From Octopus sinensis (taxonomy: Eukaryota), in the NCBI RefSeq assembly GCF_006345805.1, contig NC_043018.1, positions 25,978,001 to 26,042,000 of the forward strand: a stretch of 64,000 nucleotides of DNA, in the 5' to 3' direction. Both the position numbers and the translations under genes were made by a program. The notes below the pieces were generated by a model. It was not told the DNA's origin. It worked only from the letters and a program-made list of their open reading frames with translations, and did no database searches. Positions 24,889-38,119 of the stretch are shown here, piece after piece (position 1 is the first letter of the stretch; each line of letters begins with the position of its first letter).

Positions 24889-26157
24889 AATACAATCGTA
24901 AATAAGAAAAGGACACATTGGGTAATACAGTCTTGTATACTTCAGAAACATGGAATGGTCATAGTTTTGACAGACATTGAACTTTATCACTCACTGCACA
25001 ATGTAGGAAGCTATATGTGGTTACTCAGTCTACTAGAAATAGCTGCCAATTTGTCACTAAATCACACCTACTCAATGTACTCCTAAATACTCCTGAAAAC
25101 AGTGTGGTGGTCATTGCTGGAATGTATTTGATTATAATTTTGCAAGATCAAGGCAGATCTAGGGTTAAGCAACAACCAAAATTTACTTTTCCCATTGAGA
25201 ATTCTAAACCAAATTCATTAAATGTGTTTCTGTGGAAGATTTGGTTTGTTAAGCTCGTTAAGCTCTGGTTCCAAGTTATTTCCGGAAAGCTAAAAGTGCC
25301 AAATAAGTTTTTGCATTTGAAGGAGTTGCAGAATTTATCAATTAGATTCCGTTCTCACTTTACCATTCATTAACTCTTTTAGCTTGTATATTTTAGGATA
25401 GTAGCTATACTCTTTTACTCTTTTACTTGTTTCAGTCATTTGGCTGCCACCATGCTGGAGCACCACCTTTGGTCGAAGAAATCGACCCCTGGACTTATTC
25501 TTTGGAAGCCTAGTACTTATTCTATCAGGCTCTTTTGCTGAACCACTAAGTTATGGAGACACACCAGCATTGGTTGTCAAGCGATGTCAGGGGATAAACA
25601 TAGACACACAAACATATACACACACATACATTTACAAATCGACTCCAGGACTTATTCTTTGTAAGCTTAGTAGTTATTCTATCAGTCTCTGTTGTCAAAC
25701 TGCTAAGTTACAGGTACATAAACACACCAACATCGGTTGTCAAGCGATGGATGGGGGGACAAACAGACACAAAAATAGACACACACACACATATGACAGG
25801 CTTCTTTCAGTTTCTGTTTACCAAATCCAGTCACAAGGCTTTAGTCAGCCTGAAGCTATAGTAGATGACACTTGCCCAAGGTGCAATGCAGTGGGGCCGA
25901 ACACGGAACCATGTGATTGGTAACAAGCTACTTACCACACAGCCACTCCTGCACCTATACATCATCATCATCATGTGTTCATTTTCCATGCTAGGATAGG
26001 TTAGATGGTTTGGCTTGGCCTGGTAAGCTGGAGAGCTGCACTAGGCTCCAGTTGACTATATGGAATATTAAAACTGTAACTAGAAATAATTGTAGTGATA
26101 CAAATGAACAGACAGAAAGATTAAGAGTTAGTATCTGCACATTTACTACAAGGAACA

Positions 26158-26525
26158 TCTCTCAATATATAAACAGCAAAATGTCTGTCTGTGTGTGTGT
26201 CCTTTATACAAATCCACAATTTTTCAGTTAGAGGGCTCGCACTTTCTATGGTCATTCAAAACCATCCAAGGGTGATTGTGCACATCTTTACATTTCCCCA
26301 GTCACCCCGAAAAGCCATTAAAAAATCAATAGAAGTGACATTTTCATGAATTTTCTATCCAAAACCCAATCAAAATGCCCGAAACTTGATACGCCAATTG
26401 AATGCCAGCTAGCTGTATGTGATTGGTCAGAGATTTGGACAGTACTCGCGTGTATATGTGCATGCATGCAGCTGTATATGGCTGCACTAGCACTATGATC
26501 CGGCAACAGCTCGTCATAGTGCTAG
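26158..26525 (+). mobile_element. Helitron-like non-autonomous element G, complete
   Basis: A|TC 5' end, (tg)n near the 5' end, 13-bp inverted repeat actagcactatga/tcatagtgctagt, CTAG|T 3' end, no TSD. Confidence 0.75.
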
Positions 26526-26743
26526 TTTAGAAATAAACATGTAGGGGCAGGCATGGCTGTGTGCTAAGAAGAGTGTTTCCCAAACCACATGATTTGGGAT
26601 TCAGTCTCACTGCATGGCACCTTGAGCAAGTAAGTGTCTCAAACTATAGCTCTGGGCTGAGTGAGGGATTCGGTAGATGGAAGCTGAAAGGATTCAGTAG
26701 ATGGAAACTGAAAGAAGTCTGGAGCGATAGTAGAAGACACCTA

Positions 26744-27326
26744 AGGTAACGAGTTGGCAGAAATGTTAGCATGCTAGGCGAAATGCTTAGCGGTATTTCG
26801 TCTGTCTTTATGTTTTGAGTTCAAATTCCGCTGAGGTCGACTTTGCCTTTCGCCCTTTTGCAGTCGATAAATAAAGTACCAGTTACGCACTGGGGTCAAT
26901 GTAATCGATTTAATCCATTCGTCTGTCCTTGTTTGTCCTCTCTGTGTTTAGCCCCTTGTGAGTAGTAAAGAAATAGGTATTTCGTCTGTCTTTATGTTCT
27001 GAGTTCAAATTCTGCTGATGTCGACTTTGCTTTTCATCCTTTCGGGGTTGATAAATTAAGTACCAGTTATGCACTGGGGTCGATGTAATTGACTTAATCC
27101 ATTTGTCAGTCCTTGTTTGTCCCCTCTGTGTTTAGCCCCTTGTGGGTAGTAAAGAAATAGGTATTTCGTCTCTCTTTATGTTCTGAGTTCAAATTCCGCT
27201 GAGGTTGACTTTGCCTTTCATCTTTTCGGAGTCAATTAATTAAGTACCAGTTGAGTACAGGGATTGATCTAATCGACTGCCCCACCTCCCTAAAAATTTC
27301 GGGCCTTGTGCCTAGAGTAGAAAAGT
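26744..27326 (+). mobile_element. SINE-B trimer (B1+B1+B2) in a 17-bp TSD
   Basis: TSD atagtagaagacaccta (26727-26743, 27327-27343); junctions aaatag|gtatttc at 26977 and 27161. Confidence 0.92.
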
Positions 27327-27928
27327 ATAGTAGAAGACACCTATCCTGTGGTTCCACTCAGTGGAACTGAACTCAGAACAATGTGGTTTCGAAGCCAACT
27401 TGTTAATACACAGCTATGCCTGCATCTATTAGTGATGAAAAAAAAAAATTTTTTAAATCACCAAATGTACTAGCTAGTCTATTTGTTGGCATCGGGAAAT
27501 AGTATTGTTTAGAAATTAAATAAATCAATGACACTATCCGCATGTAAAACAATAGACAAGTTAGTGTTAACATATTTAATTCATGGTGCATTAAAAAAAA
27601 AATCTAACTAGAAAATAATTATGCGGCAAAAAACAAAAAAAGAGAAGGAAAAGAATGAACCTTATTAGTGAATAGCAAACATTATTTTTTTTTGTTATTA
27701 TCATGGAAAATATAGAAAAACTGCTTGTATATATTTTTTTGGTCATATTGTTGGAATGGTTGTTTTGTAGTTAAATATATTTTTTCCTATTGTGACTATT
27801 TACTGTTAGATGTTAGTAAATGTGGAATGGAACATGTTCGGAGTCTGGCAGAGTGAGACAATGGATGAGTCTTGTTTAGGAGTATATATTAGAGTGAGGT
27901 TTAAAGATTTTTGGACTCTGTGTCATGT

Positions 27929-28310
27929 CAGTGGTTCTCAACCGTTTTTTTAAACTATGGACCCCTTTGATTCCTTTTACACTCGTGTGGACCCTTATAA
28001 CCAGGGCTGTGGAGTTGGAGTCATGGAGTTGGAGTCGGAAACTATTACAGGGTACAACGATACCGACTCTGATTCTGACTCATAATGTCTTAATTCTTTA
28101 ATATAAACCAGTTACAACATATAGGCCTACTCAAAGTACAAGCTTATGCATATCCATATGCTTTATGAGATATGTAGACCACAATCACTTAATTATATAA
28201 AGAGGAGTCTGAGTCAGTCAGAGTCAGAGGTGCCAATAGCAGAGGAGTTGGAGTCAGAGTCGAAGTTTGTCGTTTCAACTCCTCAGCCCCGCTCATAACA
28301 ATTTGATGCT
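27929..28310 (+). mobile_element. hAT(Charlie)-like MITE fragment carrying a nested hAT MITE
   Basis: Starts cagtggttctcaacc. Confidence 0.65.
28002..28291. mobile_element. hAT-type MITE with (gagtcg)-like subterminal repeats
   Basis: TIRs cagggctgtggagttg / caactcctcagccccg; 8-bp TSD cttataac / ctcataac. Confidence 0.85.
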
Positions 28311-28749
28311 TTAAAAAAAATCGTATTTTATTTCTATAATTAAATGTTGGATTCAAATTTTGACACAAGGCCAGCAATTTCAAGGAAGGGGTGAAATCAA
28401 TAACATCGACCCCAGTGGTCAACTGGTACTTATTTTTTATTGACCCCCAAAAAGATGAATGGCAAAGTTAAATAGAAATCAAATGGAAATTGTAGTTGTG
28501 ATACCTGTGCCGGTGGCACGTAAAAAGCGCCATCCAAATGTGGCTGGATTCCGTGGCAGTGGCACATAAAAAGCACCCAATACACTCACGGAGTGGTTGG
28601 CATTAGGAATGGCATCCAGCTGTAGAAACACTGCCAGATCAGACTGGAGCCTGGTGCAGCCCCCAGGCTTCCCAGACCCCGGTCGAACTGTCCAACCCAT
28701 GCTAGCATGGAAAACGGACGTTAAACGGTGATGATGATGATGATGATGA

Positions 28750-29464
28750 TTGTAGGGTTGATGTGAGAAACCAGATCTGGCCAGTTTGAACATAAAGCTG
28801 ACAGAATATTTTGGCCAGTTTAAATCGTAAAGGGTTAACCCATTAACATCTAGATTATTCTGTCAAATGTAAGTCTTATTTAGTCATGCTATTTTCAATT
28901 AATCATTCATTAACTATATTGGTGCAGGAGTGGCTGTGTGGTAAGTAGCTTGCTACTAACTACATGGTTCCTGGTTCAGTCCCACTGCATGATACCTTGG
29001 GCAAATGTCTTCTACTATAGCCTTGGGCTGACCAAAACCTTGTGAGTGGATTTGGTAGACGGAAACTGAAAGAAGCCCATCGTATATATGTATATATATG
29101 TGTGTGTTTGTGTGTCTGTGTTTGTCCCCTCAACATCACATGACAACCGATGCTGGTGTGTTTACCTCCCTGTAACTTAGCAGTTCGGCAAAAGAGACTA
29201 ATAGAATAAGTACTAGGCTTACAAAGAATAAGTCCTGGGGTTGGTTTGCTCGACTAAAGGCGGTGCTCCAGCATGGCTACAATCAATTGACTGAAACAAG
29301 TAAAAAGAGTAAAAGAGTAACTATTGGCTTTGAGATTTCAGTTATGAGATTAATTTTTAGAGTGACATTGTAGGGTAAGTGTGAGAGGCTGGATCTGAAT
29401 AGTTTCAACATAAAGCTGGCAAAATGTTGAGACCAGGTTTGGCCAGTCTAAATGCCAGAGTTAA
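28750..29464. mobile_element. Two head-to-tail TTAA MITE (family P) copies sharing TTAA at 28835-28838; the second is split by SINE-A (28921-29320)
   Basis: ..gtaaaggg TTAA cccattaacatctagattattctgtcaaatg..; homologous to 30459-30684. Confidence 0.7.
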
Positions 29465-30194
29465 AAATCATCTTAATTCTTTTACACATAGCAATTTGTT
29501 CACCTCTTTAGCAAAACTCACTGCCTGCTCTCCCATGGTGAACCTGCTGATCCTTTCATATGAGAAACACTCTCAATCCACAATTGAATGTATGAATATA
29601 TGTGTATGTATATATGTGTGTATGTATGTATAAATATGTGTATGTATATATGTATGTATGTATGTGTGTGTGTGTATGTATGTATGTATGTATATATGTA
29701 TGTGGGTATGTATATATGTATGTGGGTATGTATGTATGTATAACTGATTTCTGCACAGATTCTGTTCATCAGTTTCTGAACTGTGTGGTAGAAGACTCTT
29801 ACCAAATGCATTGGCATCAGAATTTGGATCCTGGAATCTGGAACCATGTGGTTGTGAGGCAAGCATCTTAATCGCACAGCTATGTCAGCGACCTCTTTAG
29901 AAAGATATGCTTATTACCACATAAACATCTCTATTATCTTATCTGCCTTCCCAATTTCAGAAATATTGTAAATATTTTGCGGTGATAATAACCTTGTATT
30001 ATGAGCTTACTATGATGTTTATTATGTTGCCGTCCACATAATGATGTTGATGGTAATGGTGGTGGTGGTGGTTGGCGTCGTCATGCTGGTAGTTTTTAGC
30101 TCTGGGTCAGCCCTGATCAAGCAGACCTCTCATAAAAGATATTTCAGCTTTGACCTTCCCATCTTTTTGTATATACATCTAAGATTATATTGTA

Positions 30195-30422
30195 CAAGCT
30201 GGCAGAATCGTTAACACGCCGGGCGAAATGCTTATTGGTATTTCATCTGCCGTTGCGTTCTGAGTTCAAATTCCGCCAAGGTCTGCTTTGCCTTTCATCC
30301 TTTTAGGGCTGATAAATTAAGTACCAGTTACGTACTGGGATTAATGTAATCGACTTAATCCCTTTGTCTATCCTTGTTTGTCCTCTCTGTGTTTAGCCCC
30401 TTGTCGGCAATAAAGAAATAAG
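30195..30422 (+). mobile_element. SINE-B monomer (B1 tail)
   Basis: Head agctggcagaatcgttaacacgccgggcg to tail gcaataaagaaataag. Confidence 0.88.
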
Positions 30423-30458
30423 ATGTTCTTTATTTTCTCTCACCTCTTTTATTTTTAA

Positions 30459-30684
30459 CCATTTAGCATTCAGATTATTCTGTCAAGTGTATTCCTTATT
30501 TTATTTATTCACATTGCTTTGAATTACTCATGCATCATCTCATAGCTATGAGATTTCAAATGATGTGATTGTCTACTGTTAGAAGGACATTGTAGGACAG
30601 GCACAAGAGGCCCGATCTGGCCAGTATGAACATAAAACATTTAGAGTATTTGAGCTGGATATGGCCAGTTTGAATGCTATAAGG
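30459..30684. mobile_element. TTAA-flanked MITE (piggyBac/Kolobok-type signature), family P
   Basis: TTAA|ccatttagcattca..tgaatgctataagg|TTAA; fragments also near 6705, 7205-7470, 8703-8815. Confidence 0.8.
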
Positions 30685-31441
30685 TTAAAAACAGTATGAT
30701 ACACAAGAACTTGGCTGCTGTTTTCAGCAGCCTGAGCGACCACATAGAGGCTGCCTCTTGTGTAATGTACTTTCATATAGAACTTCTTACAATGGAAATA
30801 GTCTAATCTTTTTTTTTTAAGCTGCCAATTGGTTCATCTAATTATCCTATTAGTGGTAATCTTTAATCTCTCATATTACATTATCTTTCATTTTACCTTA
30901 TAGTTTCTTACTCTGAAATTTAGTACAAAGTATAATCATTGCTTTAATCAGATAAAAAAAAAATTACTAAATTGAGATTAATGTATAAATCACGTGATAA
31001 CTAAGCTATTTTGAGCTTTTTATGGATTTTGTAGGTCTTTATGTTTTTTTTTTGCCTTAATTTTTGTTTTAAAAGAGGAAATTTTGTATGTTGTTTTTGA
31101 TCTTTAGGTTTTCTTTTGATATAAACATGTCTGTGTGAGTACATATTTAAGTATTTATATAAATATATACGTATATTTAAAGATATATTTATATAAATAT
31201 ATGTATATTTATAAATATTTACACACACACGCATATATGTCAGATGTATATATATATATATAAATGTGTATATGTATATGCATATTTGTGTATGTATGCA
31301 TAAATAAATAAACATATATATATGTATATATACACACATACATATGTATACGTAAATGTATGTATGCATGTGTATGTTTATGCACGTGTGTGTACACACA
31401 CACACAAGCACACACACACGCACACACACACACACACACAT

Positions 31442-31483
<42 letters not shown>

Positions 31484-31987
31484 CGTTGCTATTATGCATA
31501 AGTGTTGTAAGTCCAAAACTTTGCTTTTTCAGAAAACGAAAAAGTAGTTTCACCATTCTATAGTAAAATCATTGTACTACACTTTAACAAGTTTTGATAT
31601 CTTGGCATCTGATGCAGTTGGAGATACGATAGCCTGACCAAAAGAACTGGCTATTGCAAATAAAAATAAATATTGTAGAAAACGCATTTAGCCAAATTTG
31701 GACATACGACAGTTTAACATAATTCAAAACTGGAATATATACTTACTTTTCCTGAATATAGCCAGCAATATATTGTTCATTACATCTATAATCATTCGAA
31801 TGTTGTTGATTCAAATATACTGTCAGATTGAAACATGTGTAGGATGTTTTGGGGATATTTTTTGTTGATCCAATTTCTTTTACCCTTATTCTTATAGGTA
31901 TCACTTTTACTTTGCATTACTTTTCCATTGTAATTCTGATAAAATGAACCAAGTATCTATTATATTTTTCTTCTCCATTTTCTTTTA

Positions 31988-32023
<36 letters not shown>

Positions 32024-32171
32024 TATGATTTTAAAATTATTTTGAATATCCAATTTAAAAATAATTTTCTTTTATATTTCCAATTGCTTCCAGGAGGTGG
32101 TAAGTATTCACTTTTATGTTTTGTATGTATCTGTCCGACTATATATGTGTATGTATATACACATGTGTGTG

Positions 32172-33682
32172 TGTAAAGGTGTCGAAAATTGTACATACAT
32201 GTTGCTTGATTATAAAGTCACTGTTTATTAATTTCAAAATTTAATATAATAATGACAGAATTTAATTGTTTTTTTTTATCAATACCGGTTTTTCAAACTG
32301 CTGAGTGTTTTGGTTATCGGATTGTTCCAGGCAGCGTTGATAACGTGAAGCAGTAGAATGGCAGACTTCAAGAAACATTTTGTTCAGTATGTCTGTGCAT
32401 TCTCATTCAATGGCTGCCTCCAATTTGTCAACTGTTTTCAGTTTTGTACCATAAAAAAAAGTCGTGTAATGTGTGGTCGAGTGATCATGGAGCGTGTTCT
32501 ACTGAACCTCTTCATCCAATCTGTCTGTTTAGCAAAATCTCATGAAGGTAGGTCCTTACTATGGTAGTGCGAAAAGGTACTGAATTTTTCAGGAAATAAA
32601 ATTCCCCATGTCCTCTTGAATGCTTGTCATGATAGATTATCACAGCAAGTTCAAGTAAATGGGACCAACCGCTGTTACATCAAAAAAGAATGGTCCAGTT
32701 AATCATTTTCATAAGCTGCACCTTATTAGCATGCAGATTTTCAGGTGCCCAATAGGTGTAATAACGATAAACGTCACCCTTTTCAAGCCTAACCAGACTC
32801 ATGGGCCCAGTTTCCCGGTTTCTGTGACATATGTGCTCCCCCCAGCTGGACGGGACACCAGTCCGTCGCAGCATTACTCAAGAAACAGGAAGAGAGGGTG
32901 AGAGAAAGTTGTGGCAAAAGAGTACAACAGGGGTCGCCACCACCCCTACCTCATGGAGATTTTAGGTGTTTTCGCTCAATAAACACACACAACGCCTGGT
33001 CTGGGAATCGAAACTGCAAAACTGCGATACTCCGATCGCAAATCTGCTGCCTTAACCACTGGGCCATTGTGCCTCCACAATAGGTGTAATTGTGGTGGTT
33101 AAATGAGATATTTAATTTAAATGTAACCTCATCACCCCAAACAGCATTTGTTGGGAAGTGTGCATCTTCTACACATCTTTCTAAGTACCTCTCACAAAAC
33201 TCCACCCTTTGGCCTGGATCATCTTTCTTGAGAGCAGGGACTACTTTTGAAATAGCAGCATTTCAAAACACAAAGCTTGCTAGATTTTGAAATTCCTTTC
33301 TTACACTTTACTTGCTGTACAAATTTTCTTGAACTCTGGCAATACGTTTCTGGTACCCTTTCTTGCATTGCGGGACATGTTGATGTTTGTCAGTTTTCTG
33401 GAATGTTTCTTGTGGATATTCTGAACAGTTCCTGCTTCAGTTTCCACTTCAAACTTATCGCTAATTTGTGCAAGGGTAAGTCCTGTCATTGAATGTGTTG
33501 GAAACTCCTTAAACTGTCTTTGCATTTCATCTACATTTTCAAACTTCCAGTTGCACTTTCGGATAAATTTCCTTTGTTCAAAGGTTACTCTGGTTCCCTT
33601 CATTATTTTCAATATGTTGATCTAAAAGGAAACAAATATTGAACTGTTAAAGTGTGTATATATTTTTAGGACTCCTTGTATA
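32172..33682 (-). mobile_element. Degenerate, nearly full-length Tc1/mariner element split by SINE-E2
   Basis: MKGTRVTFEQRKFIRKCNWKFENVDEMQRQF..KFE..GTVQNIHKKHS; [28 protein letters not shown]|WAPEN..; TIR-like tacaaggagtcctaaaaat at about 33682; far end less certain. Confidence 0.82.
32763..33077 (-). mobile_element. SINE-E2 (tRNA head plus V-domain-like tail) with a perfect 13-bp TSD
   Basis: TSD caataggtgtaat (32750-32762, 33078-33090); gcgacggactggtgtcccgtccag..cagaaaccgggaaac resembles the V-SINE domain as I recall it; second copy at 63545-63845(-). Confidence 0.88.
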
Positions 33683-34216
33683 TACGTATGTTTGTGTATG
33701 TATGTATGTATGTATGTATCTTGTATTTTTTTAATTATTATAAATCTTCCACTGAGGAAGGAGCTGGTTTCCAACAAAGATACAAGGCTCCATTTTTGGG
33801 ATGTAGTTAAAACAGAGAAATTCACATTTGGAACTTGAGAAAAGTCTTGCATATTTTTACTGTTCCACTCACAGATTGTATTTGTAATGTACAAATTAGC
33901 TGGTCGATTGTATGTATGTTTATGTAATGTATGTATGTATGTGTGCATGTTTGTGTATGTATATATGTATGTATGACCTGCCTGCACCAGGGAAATTAAA
34001 TTTTAAAAAAGTTTTTTGTTTACAAACTAACTAACTGTTACATATTTCTTCCTCTAGTTGTAGAGAGGTTATGTGCCTTCAGCCATTTGCGTCTGCTACA
34101 TCACCTATACTGCTAAGTGCTTTAGAGGTGTGAACCCAATGATCACCCTATAGCTGGCCATAACTTTTAACTTTCTAAAAGCAAAAGAAATATATTTCTG
34201 CTCTAATGCTTTAGAG

Positions 34217-34375
34217 CAGGTGTTAGCAAACTGGGGTAAATTACCCTAAGTGAGGTACAATAAACCTTTTGAATTCAAAGAATCTATGATTTTCTTTCTT
34301 TCAAATGAACAAGGTAACATCAGCATAAGTAAATATATTTTGGGGTGATTGGTTAAAAAAGTTCCCTGGCCCCTG
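34217..34375. mobile_element. hAT MITE, 159 bp
   Basis: cagg..cctg ends with a perfect 8-bp TSD ctttagag (34209-34216, 34376-34383). Confidence 0.85.
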
Positions 34376-35774
34376 CTTTAGAGTGTGTTTCTTTTTCGGA
34401 TATATGAACTGCTGATAATATCTCTGACTGTCTGTCTATACTATGGGGTTATATTTCCAAGTATACCTATTTGACTTCACTCTCAAAATAGTGTCATTCC
34501 CATATCTTGGAGAATGAATATATTTTATTTATTAGTACTGGCTAATTCACAGGTTACTCACTTTTATGCCTGAAGTAAGTCCTCTCATAGAAGTATCTGG
34601 TTGTGAGAACTCCAGTACTGTTGGATATTGTGTGTGTGTGTGTGTGTGTGTTGTGTGTGTGTGTGTGTGTGTATATGTTCCTTTATTTTGTCTTTTGTCC
34701 TATGATTTTCATTATTTAAAACCGGAAGAAAATCCTTTGTATTTTACAGCAATTTTCAAGCTTTATTATTTAATACATTTATATTTTCATTGTAAATTAT
34801 TATATTTTTCCTTTCATCAGTTTCGTTAGAAATATCTGGAAAACTGTGTCAAAGCTTTTAAAATTCAAAACATGTTTTACGACAAAAAATAAATACATAA
34901 AAATGAAAATAAGAAAAGTCATTAACCCATGTTTAAAATAAATAAATATGTTTTAGTAGTAATTTATGTTTAAACAAAAAAAGCCAACTTATTTTTTTTT
35001 ATTGTAGCCATAATTTGTTTTTCATATTTTCCAAGACGTTTTCTATAGTATTTCCATAAAACTATATGAAATCTGAAAGAGTATTTAAAAAAAAAAAACG
35101 AACTCAAAACGAAGCAAAATAACGAGTAATATTCATCAGACCATAAGATTAATAGAATCAATTTTCAATTTCATTTTTTTTAAACTAAAAGAAACCTCCA
35201 AAAAAAAGAGAGAAAATACTAAAATAAAATAGGATAATAATTAAATAAAAAAAAAGCAATTTAAATATATCAAAGCTAAATAAAACAAGAAAATACACAC
35301 AAGTCAAACCCACAGAATGTTCTATCACATCGTATTATATCTATAATTTGTATGTCAAGCTTCAAAACCTTTTTAATGTACCAAATACCTCACGCTGTTT
35401 CCTGATTATTATTATTATTGTTTTTTTTTTATAATTGTAATTATGATTTAAAATTTTATTCTTTGTTGTTATATTTATTTCAATGTAATTTGCCTACTTC
35501 ATCTTGCGTTTCTTTTCTTGTTTTCTGTTTGGCAAAATCTATCTTCATTGGTTATAGATTTTTCTATATTGGCCAACCATTGGCTCACTTGTCTGTTCCT
35601 ATAAGTATGGGTGACAAGGAATTGTTTCTGTACAATTGGGGCATTGTAAATTACCACTAGGTATTTTTAGTTTGATAATACCAGTTTATTAGTAATTTCT
35701 GTCTGAGGAGCATATCTTTTGCTGATACACAATATGATATATATATATATGTATATATATATTCGTCATAATAG

Positions 35775-35975
35775 ATTGCTAGCCTCTAAACCTTTTTCTA
35801 TTTTCTCTCCCTGTTTATTTCTGTGTTCCTTTCTGTCAAAGAGTGTATGCTCGAAACGTAAACGACTTTCTCACTTCCCAAGCGTTAAACTAATACATCT
35901 GTCTGTTGTTTACACACCCATCTTTGTCTTTTGTTTTGTTTTTTTTTTGTAAATTCTCACTACACAGACATATAT
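35775..35975 (+). mobile_element. Penelope-type terminal-repeat fragment
   Basis: ctgtcaaagagtgtatgctcgaaacgt motif; homologous to 52005-52170. Confidence 0.65.
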
Positions 35976-36058
35976 ATATTGTTATATTTTGGGACGGTCA
36001 TTTTTATCTCTTGTCAAATAAACACACACACTATATATTCATTCTTCACTTGTTTAAG

Positions 36059-36213
36059 CTTTTGTCACACACATGTGACTACTTCAGTGATCGTCCATCC
36101 CACATGTCTCCTCCTGTTCTCTTTAGTCCATTCTCTGAAAATGGACTAAACAGAACAGGAGGAGACACACCTAATGGAAAGTCGCTGGAGAGGTCACAGG
36201 TGTGTGATGAAAG
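36059..36213. other. 155-nt fold-back with ~74-bp arms
   Basis: Inner 28-bp stem tgtctcctcctgttctctttagtccatt / aatggactaaacagaacaggaggagaca plus an outer imperfect stem. Confidence 0.85.
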
Positions 36214-36545
36214 ATTCCCAGATAATGAACATAAAATCAGAACAGTAATAAACAAAAATGGAGAACAAATTTGTAGTGCATATATTTATTTGCCAAGAAG
36301 TGAAAAAAAAAACCCCAACTATCCTGAAATATAACAATATGTTACAACACATGATTTCACATCAGAAATCTTGCAAAATGAATTCATAAATGTACACACA
36401 CAAATACCTACAGGAAGTTAATTATATGGCTGGTCATAGAGTAAGTAATTAATATAATATATAATTAACTTCCTGTAAGTACATAACTGCTTTTACTGTT
36501 AGAGCGTGTTTCTTTTTCGGATATATTATCCACTGATGATATATC

Positions 36546-36579
<34 letters not shown>

Positions 36580-36659
36580 TGATAGATATAGACACATACT
36601 CACACACATTTTGTAAAAATGTTCTTTTATTTGTTTTATAGAGATAGTAATGTTTCAAG

Positions 36660-37230
36660 TGTGATGGTCTGTGGCTTAGTGGTTAAAGTGTTTGGCTCAT
36701 GACTGTAAGATCATGAGTTCAGTTTCCAGCAACGCATCATGTCCTTGGGCAAGACATTTTATTTTACATTGCTCCAGTCCACTGAACTGGCAAAAGAGGG
36801 TTCTGCCTTTAATTCAAAGGGCCAGCCTTGTCACATTCTGTGTCACACTGAATCTCCCTGAGAACTACGTTAAAGGTATACATTAAAGGTGGCGAGCTGG
36901 CAGAAACATTAGCACACCGGGCGAAATGCTGAGCAGTATTTTATCTGCCGCTACGTTCTGAGTTCAAATTCTGCCGAGGTCGACTTTGCCTTTCATCCTT
37001 TCGGGGTCGATAAATTAAGTACCAGTTACGCACTGGGGGTCGATGTAATCAACTTAATCCCTTTCTCTGTCCTTGTTTGTCCCCTCTATGTTTAGCCCCT
37101 TGTGGGTAATAAAGAAATAGGAATGCGTGTCTGTTGCAGTGTTCAACCACTTGCACATTTATTTCACGAGCAGGCTCTTTTGTTGATCGGATCAACTGGA
37201 ACACTCACCGTCACATCTGACAGAATGCCA
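36660..37230 (+). mobile_element. SINE-D variant interrupted by a SINE-B monomer (about 36885-37112)
   Basis: tRNA head, ccttgggcaagaca domain; ctacgttaaaggtatac|B|gcgtgtctg continues the host. Confidence 0.8.
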
Positions 37231-37651
37231 TTGTTTAATGTTTTAAATGAAGAATTTTCTTCACAAGTTCCTGAAGTAAAAAACACTTTCATTTGAAACA
37301 TTAGTACATTTATAAAATACATGAAAAAAAAAATAATAGTCATTCCACATTTCATGAATTGAGTCTTATAGAGTCTTAAAACTGTAACCATTCTGTCTTT
37401 TTTTTTTATTTATTTATTTCAACATAATGTTTCTTAAGCAGCATACTCTCTTTACTTGTTTCAGTCATTTGACTGCGGCCATGCTGGAGCACCGCCTTTA
37501 ATCGAGCAACTCGACCCCGGGACTTATTCTTTTGTAAGCCCAGTACTTATTCTATCGGTCTCTTTTGCCGAACCGCTAAGTAACAGAGACATAAACACAC
37601 CAACATCGGTTGTCAAGCAATGCTAGGGGGACAAACACAGATACACACACA

Positions 37652-37704
<53 letters not shown>

Positions 37705-38119
37705 GATGGGCTTCTTTCAGTTTCTGTCTACCAAATCCACTCACAAGGCTTTGGTCGGCCCGAGGCTATAGTAGAAGACACTTGCCCAAGGTGCCACGCA
37801 GTGGGACTGAACCCGGAACTATGTGGTTGGAAAACAAGCTACTTACCACACAGCCACTCCTATCTGTGATTTGAACAAGTCCTCTGATTAAATCCATTCT
37901 AGCCATGATCATCTTGTCATTTTAAATATTGAAGACTATATTGTTTAATGTATCTTTCGGTTTTCAAGATAGTAGTGTGTTTAATCTTCTAAGAGCGATA
38001 ACTAAAGAACTAGTCCATTGTAGAAAAATGGCAAAACTGTAAGGACATCTGGTGACATGCTTTGGCATATCTGTTCTAGTATTTTTGTTCTGAGTTCAAA
38101 TCCCACCTCCTATGACTAC

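Noticed and set aside
31747-31820. Minus-strand GTAAGT donor with possible 39- or 73-nt exons
   Set aside because: Poor pyrimidine tracts and no homology; expected by chance in AT-rich DNA.
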